Positions 1 through 11,401 of a stretch of 64,000 nt of DNA are shown here, in pieces. Every line of letters starts with the position of its first letter. Positions within the stretch are counted from its first letter, which is position 1. This stretch comes from an uncultured Rivularia sp. GTDB taxonomy: Bacteria > Cyanobacteriota > Cyanobacteriia > Cyanobacteriales > Nostocaceae. The position numbers were made by a program, and so were the translations under genes. A model generated the notes under the pieces. That model made no database searches and was not told the DNA's origin. It worked only from the letters and a program-made list of their open reading frames with translations. The stretch spans positions 2,368,001 through 2,432,000 of the forward strand of contig OY762007.1 in NCBI GenBank assembly GCA_963665115.1, given 5' to 3'.

Positions 1-27
1 TATCAAGCAACTGAGGTACAGCAATTA

Positions 28-131
28 CCTCACCCCCGATAAAGCTGCGCTTTATCTCCCCTCTCCTTGTTAAGGAGAGGGGTTGGGGGTGAGGTTTTGA
101 GATATACCTCACGCTTATTGGGAAACGCTAT
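28..131. repeat. Dispersed palindromic repeat (CCTCACCCC...CCCCTCTCCTT-N-AAGGAGAGGGG...GGGTGAGG), possibly the right part of a MITE
   Basis: Internal inverted repeats; related copies at ~17031-17078 and ~26055-26100. Confidence 0.6.
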
Positions 132-147
132 AATGTGAATTTGATTT

Positions 148-3100
148 TTAATTTCTCCATTGTAAACGCTCTAACCATCGCTCTGCTGTGCTTCGCACAT
201 CAGAATCATCATCAGTTGTGGCTTGTTTAAGGATATTTAAAGTCTCGGGGTTATCCTTGAAGCCATCGGCTAATTCTCCTACTGCTATACGTCGCACAAT
301 ACAATCATCATCAGTTGTGGCTTGTTTAAGAATAGTCAAAGTATCGGGGTCATTCTTGAAGCCACTAGCTAATTCTTCTAACGCTGTGATTCGTAAATTA
401 TAATCATCATCAATGGTAGCTTGTTTGAGAATAGTCAAAGCATCGGGGTTGTCTTTGAAGACACGGGCTAATTCTTGTAATGCTGTACATCGCACATACT
501 CATACTCATCATCATCAGTAGTTGCTTGTTGAAGAATATTTAAGGTATCGGGGTCATCTTTGAAATTACGGGCTAATTCTTGTACTGCTATGCGTCGCAC
601 AATAAAATCATCATCAGTGGTAGCTTGTTTGAGAATAGTTAAAGTATCGGGGTTATCTTTGAAGCCATAGGCTAGTTCGTGTACTGCTGCACTTCGTACA
701 TCAGAATTATTATCATTTGTAGCTTGTTTAAGCCAATTTAAGGTATCAGGGTCATCTTTGAAGTTAACAGCTAATTCGTGTACTGCTGCATTTCGCACAT
801 GCTCATCCTTATCAGTGGTAGCGCATTGTTTAAGGATAATTGAGGTATTAGAGTCATCTTTAAAACCACGGGCTAATTCTTCTATTGCTGACCATCGCAC
901 AATAAAATCATTATCAGTAGTAGCGTATTGTTTAAGGATATTTAAAGCATCGCGGTCATCCTTCCAAGCATTAGCAACTGCTTTAACAGTTCGAGTACGA
1001 ATGTTGGTAATTCTACCGTTATCTTCCAAGAATATTGATGTTCTGCAAATACCATAATTAACTAACTCCTTAAGCTCAACTAATAGCTGCTTGTCGGTAG
1101 ATAAAATTACTTTTCTATTCCTCACCTCTGCCAAACAATCAGTTGCTAAAAACAAATTAACAAATTTCTCTTCTTCCCCATCTATACTGATTAAATGCTG
1201 AATTATATTTTCCACAAATTTAGCATCAATCATCCCGGCAATTAATCGCAAAACTTCATGCCAAGATTCATCCATCCAATGCTTGTCAACAACTTCTGCA
1301 ATCAATTGTTTAATTGTCAAAGTTTGGGTTTCTTTAAACTGCCAAACAAACTCCCAAGCACAGAAATATTCTAAAAACGTGCGATGTACAAACGCATAAT
1401 AATCTGCACCCAAATAACACAACATAAAGTTGCGCGTCCTGAGTTGATTTATGATTAATTTAGCAGCATCTCTTGGCTTATCAAATTCTATGGTTTTTAA
1501 ATAATCTTGAAGAATTTTTTGTAAATCGCTTTCTTTAATCAAATTACCAGCTAAACCTTTATCTTCAGTTTGCATAGAATAGGCAACTTGACGCAACATT
1601 GCCTGTTTATCTTTATAATCAATGCTTGCCAAATCTAATCTTTTATCTTGAATTAAAGTGCGTTCAACATCCCATTGATGCAGCAATACTTTAGAAGCTT
1701 GATTGTAAAGCTCGGCTCTATCTCTTGGTAATTCTTGGTTGCGGTTAAGAATTGCCATCATTGTTAATAGTAAGGGATTTCCGGCTAAGTCCTGAATTGC
1801 TGGTAAATCATCAATTGCTTTTTGCAGTCTTTCTTTTTTTCTAATTTTATCTGCTTCGTCACCGGAACTAAAAGTTTTATTGTGCCATTTGTGAATAAAT
1901 ATTCTAATTTGTTCTGCATCTAAATCTTGCAACATGAAGTGAGTAAATTCGGCATCGCGCAGTCTTTGGGGTTTATAACCAACTATGCGAGAAGTGACGA
2001 TTACCTGTACCCGAGGATAATTATTCGTGAAGCGATGAATAGCGGTAATTACTTCTTCTCGTTGTGCTGAATCGAATACTTCATCTAAACCATCAAACAT
2101 TACTAAAGCATTTCCAGCTTTTAATTGTTCTTCTAGTTTGTGTTGGTTGAGATGACAAATACAATTCGGGCTTTTGTGGAAAAACTCCAGAAAATCTTGA
2201 CAACTTCCAGCAGTGCGATCGCGTGCGTAAGTGCGTAGTTCAATTAATAAAGGAATTGGTTGAGATAATGGTTCTTTATCAAGAGTATTTTCGACCCAAT
2301 TTAATGCAAAATATTGTAATAAAGTTGATTTACCAGAACCGGGGTCCCCTAAAATAACTATATAATTTTTCCTGCTATATTGTGATTCATCTTGAATAAT
2401 TTCTATCACCGAACGATTTGCTTGTTCGATGTAGCTGCTTTTATACCTTTCTAATTCTTCTTCTATTCTTTCTAAATTAATTCCTGCATCTAATTGGTTA
2501 CTTTCTTGCAGTCTCTTGAGATATTCCCTGGGTAATTCCGGTAAAACCCGATCTATTTGCCGCGCATTTTGAGGAATAAATATATCCCATAACCCCAAAC
2601 GATTGTAAGCGCTAGCATCAGCATCTAAACTATCCAGCTTTAAATTGACATAACGTTCCCGAATTGCTTCTTGGTATTTCCTCAAATCAAAGTCTTTGGA
2701 TAAACCAGCAATTTCTTTGGTGTTTTCAGCAATACTAGTAAGCTTTTGTAATTCGAGAATGTGTCGTAACTCTTCTAACTCGGAAATATTTTCCTGGACT
2801 TTTAATAAATATTGCTCGATAACGCTTTGCCAATTAAACTTTGGCGGTAACAATTTGAGGTGCAAATCTCGCCAACGTTGCTTAAAAATTTCAGCGTCTA
2901 AATCCTCACAATCAATATTAAAAGCCTTTCCAAGATTTTCTTTTACCGTTTTATCCCCAATAAACTTCTTTATATCTTGGCTATATGCTTTAATCTCCTC
3001 ATCATTTAACTTGCAACGAATTTTTAATTGCTGCTGTACAAGCTTTAAAAACTCAATTAGCGCCATTGCTACAGTTTTTTGAAAAGGTTCTTGTTGAAAT

Positions 3101-3258
3101 GGTTTGATTGCCAGATTTCCCAACTTACCAGGAAGGTACTTGCAAAAATCTTTACCGTATTCCTTAATTAAATCCTTAACAAAATCTTCGCTAAAAATCG
3201 TCTTAAAAACCAAGCCAGCAGCTTTTGTAGTTACCCAACCAAGAAGCAATTCCACCAT
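148..3258 (-). CDS. NACHT (STAND) NTPase with C-terminal HEAT/PBS-lyase-like repeats
   Basis: Walker A GDPGSGKST, Walker B MFDGLDE, NPLLL, FVHRTFLEY; about 8 repeats of ~31 aa (VRxxAVxELAxxFKDDPDTLxILKQATTDDD). Confidence 0.9.
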   Translation of the reverse strand: MVELLLGWVTTKAAGLVFKTIFSEDFVKDLIKEYGKDFCKYLPGKLGNLAIKPFQQEPFQKTVAMALIEFLKLVQQQLKIRCKLNDEEIKAYSQDIKKFIGDKTVKENLGKAFNIDCEDLDAEIFKQRWRDLHLKLLPPKFNWQSVIEQYLLKVQENISELEELRHILELQKLTSIAENTKEIAGLSKDFDLRKYQEAIRERYVNLKLDSLDADASAYNRLGLWDIFIPQNARQIDRVLPELPREYLKRLQESNQLDAGINLERIEEELERYKSSYIEQANRSVIEIIQDESQYSRKNYIVILGDPGSGKSTLLQYFALNWVENTLDKEPLSQPIPLLIELRTYARDRTAGSCQDFLEFFHKSPNCICHLNQHKLEEQLKAGNALVMFDGLDEVFDSAQREEVITAIHRFTNNYPRVQVIVTSRIVGYKPQRLRDAEFTHFMLQDLDAEQIRIFIHKWHNKTFSSGDEADKIRKKERLQKAIDDLPAIQDLAGNPLLLTMMAILNRNQELPRDRAELYNQASKVLLHQWDVERTLIQDKRLDLASIDYKDKQAMLRQVAYSMQTEDKGLAGNLIKESDLQKILQDYLKTIEFDKPRDAAKLIINQLRTRNFMLCYLGADYYAFVHRTFLEYFCAWEFVWQFKETQTLTIKQLIAEVVDKHWMDESWHEVLRLIAGMIDAKFVENIIQHLISIDGEEEKFVNLFLATDCLAEVRNRKVILSTDKQLLVELKELVNYGICRTSIFLEDNGRITNIRTRTVKAVANAWKDDRDALNILKQYATTDNDFIVRWSAIEELARGFKDDSNTSIILKQCATTDKDEHVRNAAVHELAVNFKDDPDTLNWLKQATNDNNSDVRSAAVHELAYGFKDNPDTLTILKQATTDDDFIVRRIAVQELARNFKDDPDTLNILQQATTDDDEYEYVRCTALQELARVFKDNPDALTILKQATIDDDYNLRITALEELASGFKNDPDTLTILKQATTDDDCIVRRIAVGELADGFKDNPETLNILKQATTDDDSDVRSTAERWLERLQWRN

Positions 3259-3370
3259 AATCTAAAATTACTTTGCCGTTTTGCTACGAGTATAGCGAAT
3301 TGGCTGTTGAATCTACGGAAGTAGGTTTAAAACCTGTCTTGAAATTAATTTCTAAGCTAATAAATAACTA

Positions 3371-4680
3371 GTACTTCACCACATTAATTTTGCGGGGTAC
3401 ACGGCTGTGCAATCGCCCTAAAAGTAGTAAGCTATATTTTAAAGCATCTATAGCGAAATTGTCTGCATCTACTCGTTATGTCCAAGAAGTACATCATTAA
3501 CTTAAATATCTCAGAAAGAGAGCAATTAGAGCAACAGAGTAAGAAAGGAAAAATTTCGGCAAGAAAATACAAACGTATACAGGTTCTATTGATGTCAGAA
3601 AGTGGGTATTCTGATGTTGAAATAGCAACAGCGTTAAAAATAAGCGTAGATACAATAGAACGAACTCGTAAAAAATTTGTGCAATCAGGGTTGGCAGAGG
3701 CACTGAACGAGAAACCACGACCAGGTAAACCAAAAAAACTAATTGGTTCACATGAAGCATTTTTAATTGCAACCGCTTGTAGTAACCCACCTGAAGGACG
3801 AAGTAATTGGACAATGCAATTACTAGCTAACAAGTTGGTACAACTATCAGTTGTCGATAATATTAGTGATGAAACTGTACGTCGAACTCTAAAAAAAACG
3901 ACTTAAAACCGTGGTTAGTCGAACAATGGTGTATTCCCACAGTTAGTGCAGAATATGTGTGGCGGATGGAAGATGTTTTAGATGTATACGCTCGAAGTTC
4001 AAACCCAAAACGCCCAATCATATGTTTTGACGAGCGCCCAACACAATTACTCAGTAATACTAAAGTCCCGATACCAGTTAAACCAAAGCAAAAAAGACGT
4101 GTCGATTATGAATACGAACGTATGGGAAATTGTAATTTATTCGTATTTTTAGAACCTCGCATCGGTTGGCGACACGTTGAAGTCACAGACCGCAGAACAG
4201 CTATAGATTTTGCTCACTGCATGAAGGATTTAGTTGACATTTATTATTCAAATTCTGAGTTAATAACAGTTGTTATGGACAACTTAAATACTCATAGCCC
4301 AGCATCTTTATATAAAGCATTTGCCCCCGAAGAAGCAAAAAGAATTCTAAATAAATTGGAATTTCACTATACACCGAAGCATGGCAGTTGGTTAAATATG
4401 GCAGAAATTGAATTATCAATTCTTTCACGTCAATGCTTAAATCGTCGCATTCCAAATCAAGAAATTATCTTTGAAGAAATTGCTGCTTGGGAAGAAGTAA
4501 GAAATCAAGAAAAAGCAACTGTAGAGTGGCAGTTTACAACTGATAATGCCCGCGTTAAATTGAATAAACTATATCCAAAAATTGAAATTGTAGATGATAG
4601 CTGTGAAAATAATTCACAGTCAATAAATAGTGAGGCGATCGCACAGTCGTGTACCCCGCAAAATTAATGTGGTGGAATAC
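3371..4680 (+). mobile_element. IS630-family insertion sequence (copy 1)
   Basis: ~47 bp imperfect terminal inverted repeats (3371-3417 / 4634-4680), TA on both flanks (3369-3370, 4681-4682), HTH ORF plus DDE ORF. Confidence 0.93.
3478..4667 (+). CDS. IS630 transposase, expressed by probable programmed -1 frameshift
   Basis: ORF1 HTH (3478-3906); A8 run 3891-3898 links in -1 frame to KKNDLKPW...; DDE motifs CFDE, MDNLNTH, WLNMAEIE. Confidence 0.9.
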
Positions 4681-4682
4681 TA

Positions 4683-4775
4683 GTACTTTACCACATTAAT
4701 TCTGAGGGGTTCGTAGTAGCGCTTCAGCGCCTCATGATTCGGAATTCGGAGGCGCTGAAGCGCTACTACGAACCT
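4683..4775. repeat. TIR-like end plus large REP-like hairpin directly abutting IS630
   Basis: GTACTTTACCACATTAATTCTGAGGGGT resembles the IS630 TIR; ~26 bp stem GGTTCGTAGTAGCGCTTCAGCGCCTC / GAGGCGCTGAAGCGCTACTACGAACC. Confidence 0.7.
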
Positions 4776-4826
4776 TGTTTCTCCTTCTACCCCATGCCCT
4801 ATGCCCCATGCCCCATGCCCTATGCC

Positions 4827-5354
4827 CTATGCCCCATCTCCATCATTAAACAACCGCGATAATTGACTTAAAATTCTAGCCCTAGCATCTGTTGAGGTAT
4901 TTTTCAAACCGTATAAATTGAGTTTAGGTAAAACAACCTCGATAATATTATCTTCCAAAAGATGATCTAACAAATCGCCAACAATATCTTCGTTATTTTC
5001 CTTATTTGTAAGATCGAAAACATCTGTCAAATAATAAATCTGTTCTATTCCTTTTGATTCAAAGTACTGTACGAGCCGCCATGCATCAAATGCTTGTGGA
5101 TAATCTACAAAACCAGCATGAATATCAACTATAATGTAGGATTTTTCCGATTGAAAATAAACGCCAACTCCATGTTTATCAAACGTCCATTTTTCCTGTT
5201 GTAGCGATAACAAACCTTGACGGGGACAATTCGCGGAGAAAGATTTACTTACATTAGGATATATCTGGCGAAATGCTAAATTGAGATTGTTTTGCAACTC
5301 TACAAATTCTGAAATGACTTGAATTGCCTCAGCGCTTTTGATTGACGACTTCAT
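4827..5354 (-). CDS. Hypothetical protein (DUF6896-like)
   Basis: 175 aa ORF; WTFDKHGVGVYF...VDIH...FDAWRL pattern; family call from memory only. Confidence 0.55.
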   Translation of the reverse strand: MKSSIKSAEAIQVISEFVELQNNLNLAFRQIYPNVSKSFSANCPRQGLLSLQQEKWTFDKHGVGVYFQSEKSYIIVDIHAGFVDYPQAFDAWRLVQYFESKGIEQIYYLTDVFDLTNKENNEDIVGDLLDHLLEDNIIEVVLPKLNLYGLKNTSTDARARILSQLSRLFNDGDGA

Positions 5355-5880
5355 TTACCGTACTCCTAGCCTTGGTTTTGCCTATCTATAGCCTAATGGA
5401 ACTATTTTCAATAATAATAATATTTTTGTCTTTTAGCTGCATTTTTAATCATAATCAAATAATCGTGGGTTATACAAGCTAACGTAACTTTTTAGAAAAA
5501 TCAAACAGGTGATCCATACCTTATGCTCTGCAAGGTCTCTACAATACTTATATATACCATATGTCTTTGCAAAACCGACGGAATACTTATTCTATGTAAT
5601 TTTACTAAGAATAACTTATCCTAAAATATTTTATATTATTGTTAGTTGATAAAGCATTTGTCAATATTTTTATTAAGTCTAAGATTATGTCAGAATAATT
5701 TCGTAATTTTAGAGCGATAGCTCATTCGAGTCGGTACAAACAACCTTAAAAATACTTAACTATAAGTCGATCTATTTGGACAAGAGATCTAAAAATCTTC
5801 ATCTTCCATATTTAATAATTTCTTCTGCGAATGGGAACTATAAATCTAGTTTAGAGTTGCCTATTTTTTTTATTACTGCA

Positions 5881-8076
5881 ATGTTATCAGAACATCTAAT
5901 TACGATTTCCAAAGCTGAATACGAATCGATGCAGCAAAAAACCGAGCAATTGCAATCTACAGTAGATTTTTTACAAAAAAGATTGCATGGTTTAGCTGAC
6001 AATGTACCGGGGATGATTTATCAATTTTGCCTCAATCCTGATGGTACCACGTCTATACCTTATGTATCTTCAGGTTGTCAACAAATTTATGAGGTAGAAG
6101 CGCCAAAAATACAGCAACAGCCAGAAGTAATCTTCTCAATGCTGCATCCAGATGATGAAGCCCAATTTCAACAAACAATTTCAGAATCAGCCCAAACTTT
6201 ACAAAAATGGGAACAGCAATGGCGCATCACTACTCCTTCAGGTAAACAAAAATGGCTGCAAGGATTTTCTCAACCTGAATTACAAGCAGATAATTCTGTA
6301 CTTTGGTACGGTTGCGTAATTGATATTACTCAACGAAAACAAGTTGAAATTGAATTAGCCCAAATCAACGAGAAATTACAAGCAAATATACAAGAAAAAA
6401 CCTCACAATTACAAGCTTATCAACAAAGATTGCAGCGATTGGCTGATAAAGTACCGGGAATGCTTTACGAATATCGGCTTGATACAGATGGAGTCACTTC
6501 AGTACCTTATGTATCTTCCGGAAGTCGTTTGATTTATGAATTGGAGCCGCAGCAAATTCAACAAGATATAGAAATTATTGAAAAACAAATTCATCCTGAA
6601 GATTTGCTCAAAATAAAAGAAGCCATTTTGAAATCAGCCCAAACTCTTGAGCAATGGGAATATTCGTGGCGAATTACTACACCTTCTGGTAAACAAAAAT
6701 GGATACAGGGTATTTCTAAACCGACTTTAGACGAAGATGGTTCGATACTTTGGTACGGTTGTTTTATTGATATTACCAAGCGTCAGCAAATAGAAACAGA
6801 ATTGCTGGAAAAAGAAGCTGAGTATCGTCATATTTTTGAAGCAGTTACCGATGGTTTAATTATTAGCAATTTAGAAACTGGAAAAGTAGTCGCTGCAAAT
6901 TCTACAGCTTGTGAAATGCACGGTTATTCCAAAGCAGAATTTATCGGAATTCATCCTACAGTTTTCATTCATCCTCGTCACCATTATCTGTTCGTAAATT
7001 TTCTCGAAACCATATCTTCTGGGGCATCTTTTCAGGCTCAAGCAATTGATATATGTAAAGATGGTTCTGCGTTACACGTTGATGTTAAAGGAGTTAAGTG
7101 TATTTACAATGGAAAACCTCATGCTCTATCAATCGTGCGGGATATCACTCAGCGACAGCTAGCAGAAGAAAAAATTCACGAACAAACTAAAACCCTTCAA
7201 GAAGCATTAAACAAACTAAAAAATACCCAAGCCAAACTCGTACAGTCGGAGAAAATGTCATCTTTAGGGCAAATGGTAGCTGGAGTAGCTCACGAAATCA
7301 ATAACCCAGTTAACTTTATTCACGGTAATCTTAAACCTGCTTGCGAATACGTCAAAGATTTATTAGGATTGCTTGCACTTTATCAGCAACATTATCCCCA
7401 ACCACATACCGAAATTCAAACCGAAATTCAAACAATCGAACTCGATTTTATCCAAGAAGACTTAACCAAAATACTCAACTCGATGCAACAAGGTACCACC
7501 CGTATTCGAGAAATTGTTTTATCGCTGCGGAATTTTTCCCGATTGGATGAAGCCGATTTTAAGAAAGTGAATATCCATGAAGGTATCGATTCTACCTTGA
7601 TGATTTTAAATAACCGTCTTAAGTCAAAACCAGGTAATCCCGAAATACAGATTATTAGACAATACGAGACTTCATTACCTTTGATAGAATGTTACCCAGG
7701 GCAACTAAATCAAGTATTCATGAATATTTTAGTTAACTCCATTGATGCATTAGAAGATAGGATAAAAAATAATAATTCCTTCAATTCTCAAATTACTATT
7801 AAGACCAAATTAATTAAATCAAATTTTATTAGAATTAGTATTGCCGATAACGGTGGTGGAATTCCTAGCAGCATTCAAAATAAACTATTCGATCCCTTTT
7901 TTACCACCAAAGAAGTCGGAAAAGGTACCGGATTAGGATTATCTATCAGCTATCAAATCGTAGTTGAAAAACACCGTGGAAAACTTTGTTGCAACTCTAA
8001 ACTAAACAAAGGAACCAAATTTATCATTGAAATACCAGTTTTTCAGGTTGAAGGTCAAAGGTCAAAGGTATTATAG
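5881..8076 (+). CDS. Multi-PAS sensor histidine kinase
   Basis: Three PAS/PAC-like units; H-box VAHEINNP; N box QLNQVFMNILVN, DNGGG, FDPFFTTK, GTGLGL; ATG 5881 preferred over TTG 5776. Confidence 0.92.
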   Translation: MLSEHLITISKAEYESMQQKTEQLQSTVDFLQKRLHGLADNVPGMIYQFCLNPDGTTSIPYVSSGCQQIYEVEAPKIQQQPEVIFSMLHPDDEAQFQQTISESAQTLQKWEQQWRITTPSGKQKWLQGFSQPELQADNSVLWYGCVIDITQRKQVEIELAQINEKLQANIQEKTSQLQAYQQRLQRLADKVPGMLYEYRLDTDGVTSVPYVSSGSRLIYELEPQQIQQDIEIIEKQIHPEDLLKIKEAILKSAQTLEQWEYSWRITTPSGKQKWIQGISKPTLDEDGSILWYGCFIDITKRQQIETELLEKEAEYRHIFEAVTDGLIISNLETGKVVAANSTACEMHGYSKAEFIGIHPTVFIHPRHHYLFVNFLETISSGASFQAQAIDICKDGSALHVDVKGVKCIYNGKPHALSIVRDITQRQLAEEKIHEQTKTLQEALNKLKNTQAKLVQSEKMSSLGQMVAGVAHEINNPVNFIHGNLKPACEYVKDLLGLLALYQQHYPQPHTEIQTEIQTIELDFIQEDLTKILNSMQQGTTRIREIVLSLRNFSRLDEADFKKVNIHEGIDSTLMILNNRLKSKPGNPEIQIIRQYETSLPLIECYPGQLNQVFMNILVNSIDALEDRIKNNNSFNSQITIKTKLIKSNFIRISIADNGGGIPSSIQNKLFDPFFTTKEVGKGTGLGLSISYQIVVEKHRGKLCCNSKLNKGTKFIIEIPVFQVEGQRSKVL

Positions 8077-8250
8077 ATGATAATTACTGTTTTTCAGGTT
8101 AGAGGTTAAAGGTCAAAGGTCGAAGGTATTATAGATGATAATTACTAACTCCTAACTTATAATCTTTAAATCGCGCCTACTCCATACTCAATTACCAATT
8201 ACCAATTACCAATTACCCATTCGCAATGCCCAATCCCCAAATCTTGAATC

Positions 8251-9582
8251 ATGACTAATCAGCAAGAAACCCATTTAAACCGCGCTCGTGCTAGCCTCAG
8301 ACAGGCTTTGTCATGGTATGGTAATTTGCGTAAACCGGGATTTGATTCGGAGTTAGCGGGTTTGGTGAAGCCGGAAATACAGCTTTTAACGGCTAATTTG
8401 AATAAGCTCGATTACAACGTGATTCGTATCGCTGCTTTTGGATTGGTGAGTCGGGGGAAGTCTGCGGTTTTGAATGCGTTGATGGGACAAAAAGTGTTGG
8501 AAACGGGGCCACTTAATGGTGTTACTCAATACCCCCGCTCTATCCGCTGGAATCCCGGTGGCAAGGTAGAAGTCGAATTAATTGATACTCCTGGACTAGA
8601 TGAAATTGCTGGAGAAGCACGGGGACAAATGGCGCGGGAAGTTACCCGTCAAGCCGATTTAATTTTGTTTGTTGTTTCCGGTGATATTACTCGCACTGAA
8701 TATGAGGCACTGTTGGATTTACGGCAGGCGCAAAAACCGCTAATTTTGGTATTTAATAAAATAGATTTATATCCCGATACCGATAAAACAGCGATTTACA
8801 GCAATTTACAACAATTAGCTGCGGGAACTTCGGCTAAACCTCTAAAACCCGACGAAATAGTCATGGTAGCTGCCGAACCCGCACCGATGGAAGTTAGAGT
8901 GGAATATGCGGATGGTACGGAGGATTATGAATGGGAAACTTTACCACCGCAAATAGAAGAGCTTCAACAAACAATTTTGAAAATTCTTAACCGTGAAGGG
9001 CGATCGCTGTTATCGTTGAATGCTTTGGTACAAGCAAGAGATGCTGAAGAATCCATTGCATATAAAACAATAGAATTACGAGAAAAAGAAGCAGAAGATT
9101 TGATTTGGCAGTATACCAAATATAAAGCATTGACAGTAGGTTTAAATCCTATCGCTTTCTTAGATATATGTGGCGGAATCGTGGCTGATTTGGCGTTAAT
9201 TCGTTCCTTATCTAAGCTTTATGGTTTACCGATGACGGGTTATAAAGCCGGAAAGCTATTGAAAAGCATCTTGTTTAGCTCCGGTGGTTTACTGTTAGGA
9301 GAATTGGGAAGCAGCTTTCTTTTAGGATTTGGAAAAAGCGCGATCGCAATTTCTTCCGGTGAAAATCCTCTTAATATTACCGGATTTGCAGCAACCGCCG
9401 CCACGCAAGCAGGTATCGCCGGTTACGGTGCTTATTCCGTAGGTAAAGCTGCTCAAGCTTATTTAGAAAAAGGCTGCTCTTGGGGTGAATTAGGGGTTAG
9501 CAATGTGATAGAAGAAATATTGCGCGAAGTGGAACCGGATACTATTTTGTATCGTTTGCAGCAGGAATTAGGGAATTGGTAA
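8251..9582 (+). CDS. Era-like GTP-binding protein with DUF697 C-terminus
   Basis: GLVSRGKS, DTPG, NKID GTPase motifs; hydrophobic C-terminal domain. Confidence 0.85.
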   Translation: MTNQQETHLNRARASLRQALSWYGNLRKPGFDSELAGLVKPEIQLLTANLNKLDYNVIRIAAFGLVSRGKSAVLNALMGQKVLETGPLNGVTQYPRSIRWNPGGKVEVELIDTPGLDEIAGEARGQMAREVTRQADLILFVVSGDITRTEYEALLDLRQAQKPLILVFNKIDLYPDTDKTAIYSNLQQLAAGTSAKPLKPDEIVMVAAEPAPMEVRVEYADGTEDYEWETLPPQIEELQQTILKILNREGRSLLSLNALVQARDAEESIAYKTIELREKEAEDLIWQYTKYKALTVGLNPIAFLDICGGIVADLALIRSLSKLYGLPMTGYKAGKLLKSILFSSGGLLLGELGSSFLLGFGKSAIAISSGENPLNITGFAATAATQAGIAGYGAYSVGKAAQAYLEKGCSWGELGVSNVIEEILREVEPDTILYRLQQELGNW

Positions 9583-9671
9583 TGGGTAATTGGTAATTGG
9601 TAATTGGTAATTGATAATTGATAATCGATGATCCACACCCTCCGGGTGAAAATTAATAATTCTCAAAACAT

Positions 9672-10425
9672 TTACTGAACCGTAAAACCACCATCAACTA
9701 TCAGATTTTGTCCGGTAATATAAGAAGCACCATCCGAGCATAGCCACACAACTGCATTGGCTATTTCTTCTGCTGTACCCGCTCGTTTGAGTGGAATAGT
9801 ATCAATCATTTCTTGGAGAACTTCTTCTGAAACATTTGAAAGAATATCGGTATCAATTAATCCAGGACTAATGGCATTTATACGAATTCCCTGCTCTGCA
9901 AATTCCAAAGATGCCGATTTAGTTAACCCAAAAACCCCAGCCTTTGCAGCGTTGTAGCTAGAAAGTCCGGGAACGCCAACTACAGCACCACCCATTGATG
10001 CCGTGTTAACTATTGCACCTCCCCCGGTTTGTAGCATTGCCGGAATCTGATATTTAAGACACAGCCATACAGCTTTGAGATTAACATCGGTTTCGGCATC
10101 CCATTCGGATTCTGAGCGTTCGAGTAAAGGTATTGATTTACCAAAACCTGCATTGTTGCAAGCGTAATCAAGACGGTTGTATGTCTCTAAAGTTTTATTT
10201 ACCAAGTTTTCGATTTGCTCGGTAACAGTTACGTCTGTTTTAACAAATATACCTTGACTACCAGCAGCCTCAATCTCACGAAACTGTTTCCTCACCTTCG
10301 GCTTCTCGTCTAGCGGCTACAACCACCTTGGCACCAGAAGAAGCAAAGGCGATCGCACAAGCTCTACCAATTCCAGAACTACCACCAGTTACAATTGCAA
10401 CTTTTCCGTTCAGATCTTGTGACAT
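9672..10425 (-). CDS. SDR family oxidoreductase (apparent +1 frameshift at 10281-10283)
   Basis: Upstream frame gives MSQDLNGKVAIVTGGSSGIG; NNAG, YNAAK, DGG; removing one base rejoins the frames. Confidence 0.85.
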
Positions 10426-10459
10426 ATTGTATAGACTCTCTACTTCAGCTTTTAAATCG

Positions 10460-11182
10460 TTATAATTCTTGATCGGATGGACGTACTACAATCTCGTTAA
10501 CAGCTACCTCCGGAGGTTGCTCGATCGCATAACGTACTGCTCGACTAATGGCAGATGCTGGAATATGGCTAAAACTTTCACTAATTTGGCTGGATGTTTT
10601 CTCGTCATTACTTACCTCGGCTAATTCGCTTTCAACTGCACCAGGATAAATAATAGTCACTCTTACTTTTCCTAACGTCTCTTTACGCAAGCTCTCGCTA
10701 ATAGCTTTGACGGCAAACTTAGTACCGCAATAGACGGCGAAATTGGGCATGGCTTGAAGTGAAGCAATTGAACCGATGTTAATAATATGACCGCTACCGC
10801 TATCGAGCATATGAGGAAGCACCGCAGCAATTCCGTGTAAAACACCACGAATGTTAATATCAATCGCTTTATTCCAGTCATCAACCTTCAGATCGATTAA
10901 TGGACTAACTGGCATGACTCCAGCGTTATTAATCAAAACATCGACTTTACCAAAGCGCTCTAAAGCAGCCTTTGCCATTGCTTGCATCTGTTGGACATCG
11001 GTAACGTCGGTAACGTGATAAGCAACGCCATCTCCCAACTCTTGCGCTAGAGATTTAAGTCGTTCTTCCCGACGTGCTGCTAACATTACTTTGCAACCAC
11101 TCGATCGCAATTCTCTAGCAATTGCTTCCCCAATACCACTGCTCGCACCCGTAACAATTACAACTTTGTTTTCCAAACTCAT
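10460..11182 (-). CDS. SDR family oxidoreductase
   Basis: TGASSGIG, NNAG, YCGTK. Confidence 0.92.
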   Translation of the reverse strand: MSLENKVVIVTGASSGIGEAIARELRSSGCKVMLAARREERLKSLAQELGDGVAYHVTDVTDVQQMQAMAKAALERFGKVDVLINNAGVMPVSPLIDLKVDDWNKAIDINIRGVLHGIAAVLPHMLDSGSGHIINIGSIASLQAMPNFAVYCGTKFAVKAISESLRKETLGKVRVTIIYPGAVESELAEVSNDEKTSSQISESFSHIPASAISRAVRYAIEQPPEVAVNEIVVRPSDQEL

Positions 11183-11212
11183 GATATTTTCTTCCTAAAT
11201 AATGTATCTTTT

Positions 11213-11395
11213 CTACTGTGCTAAATAACCGCCATCTACTGCTAATGTTGTACCCGTCACAAAAGACGCAGCATCCGAGCAAAGCCAAATAACTGCTTCT
11301 GCAACCTCTCGCGACGTTCCCATTCTGTTCATTGGTACGAAAGTAGAAATGTAATTCTCTAATACTTCTTTGCTAGAAGTGCCTCTATCTGGCAT
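11213..11395 (-). pseudogene. C-terminal remnant of an SDR gene
   Basis: Only PMNRMG...[15 protein letters not shown]...VDGG present; Rossmann N-terminus absent. Confidence 0.75.
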
Positions 11396-11401
11396 CCCGA
11401 T

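Noticed and set aside
188..3082. Plus-strand ORFs 188-403, 758-1057 and 2696-3082, and similar short antisense ORFs across the window
   Set aside because: Shadows of longer, motif-bearing genes on the opposite strand
8040..8147. ~55 bp tandem duplication at the kinase 3' end
   Set aside because: Explained by local STRR-associated slippage; no evidence of function
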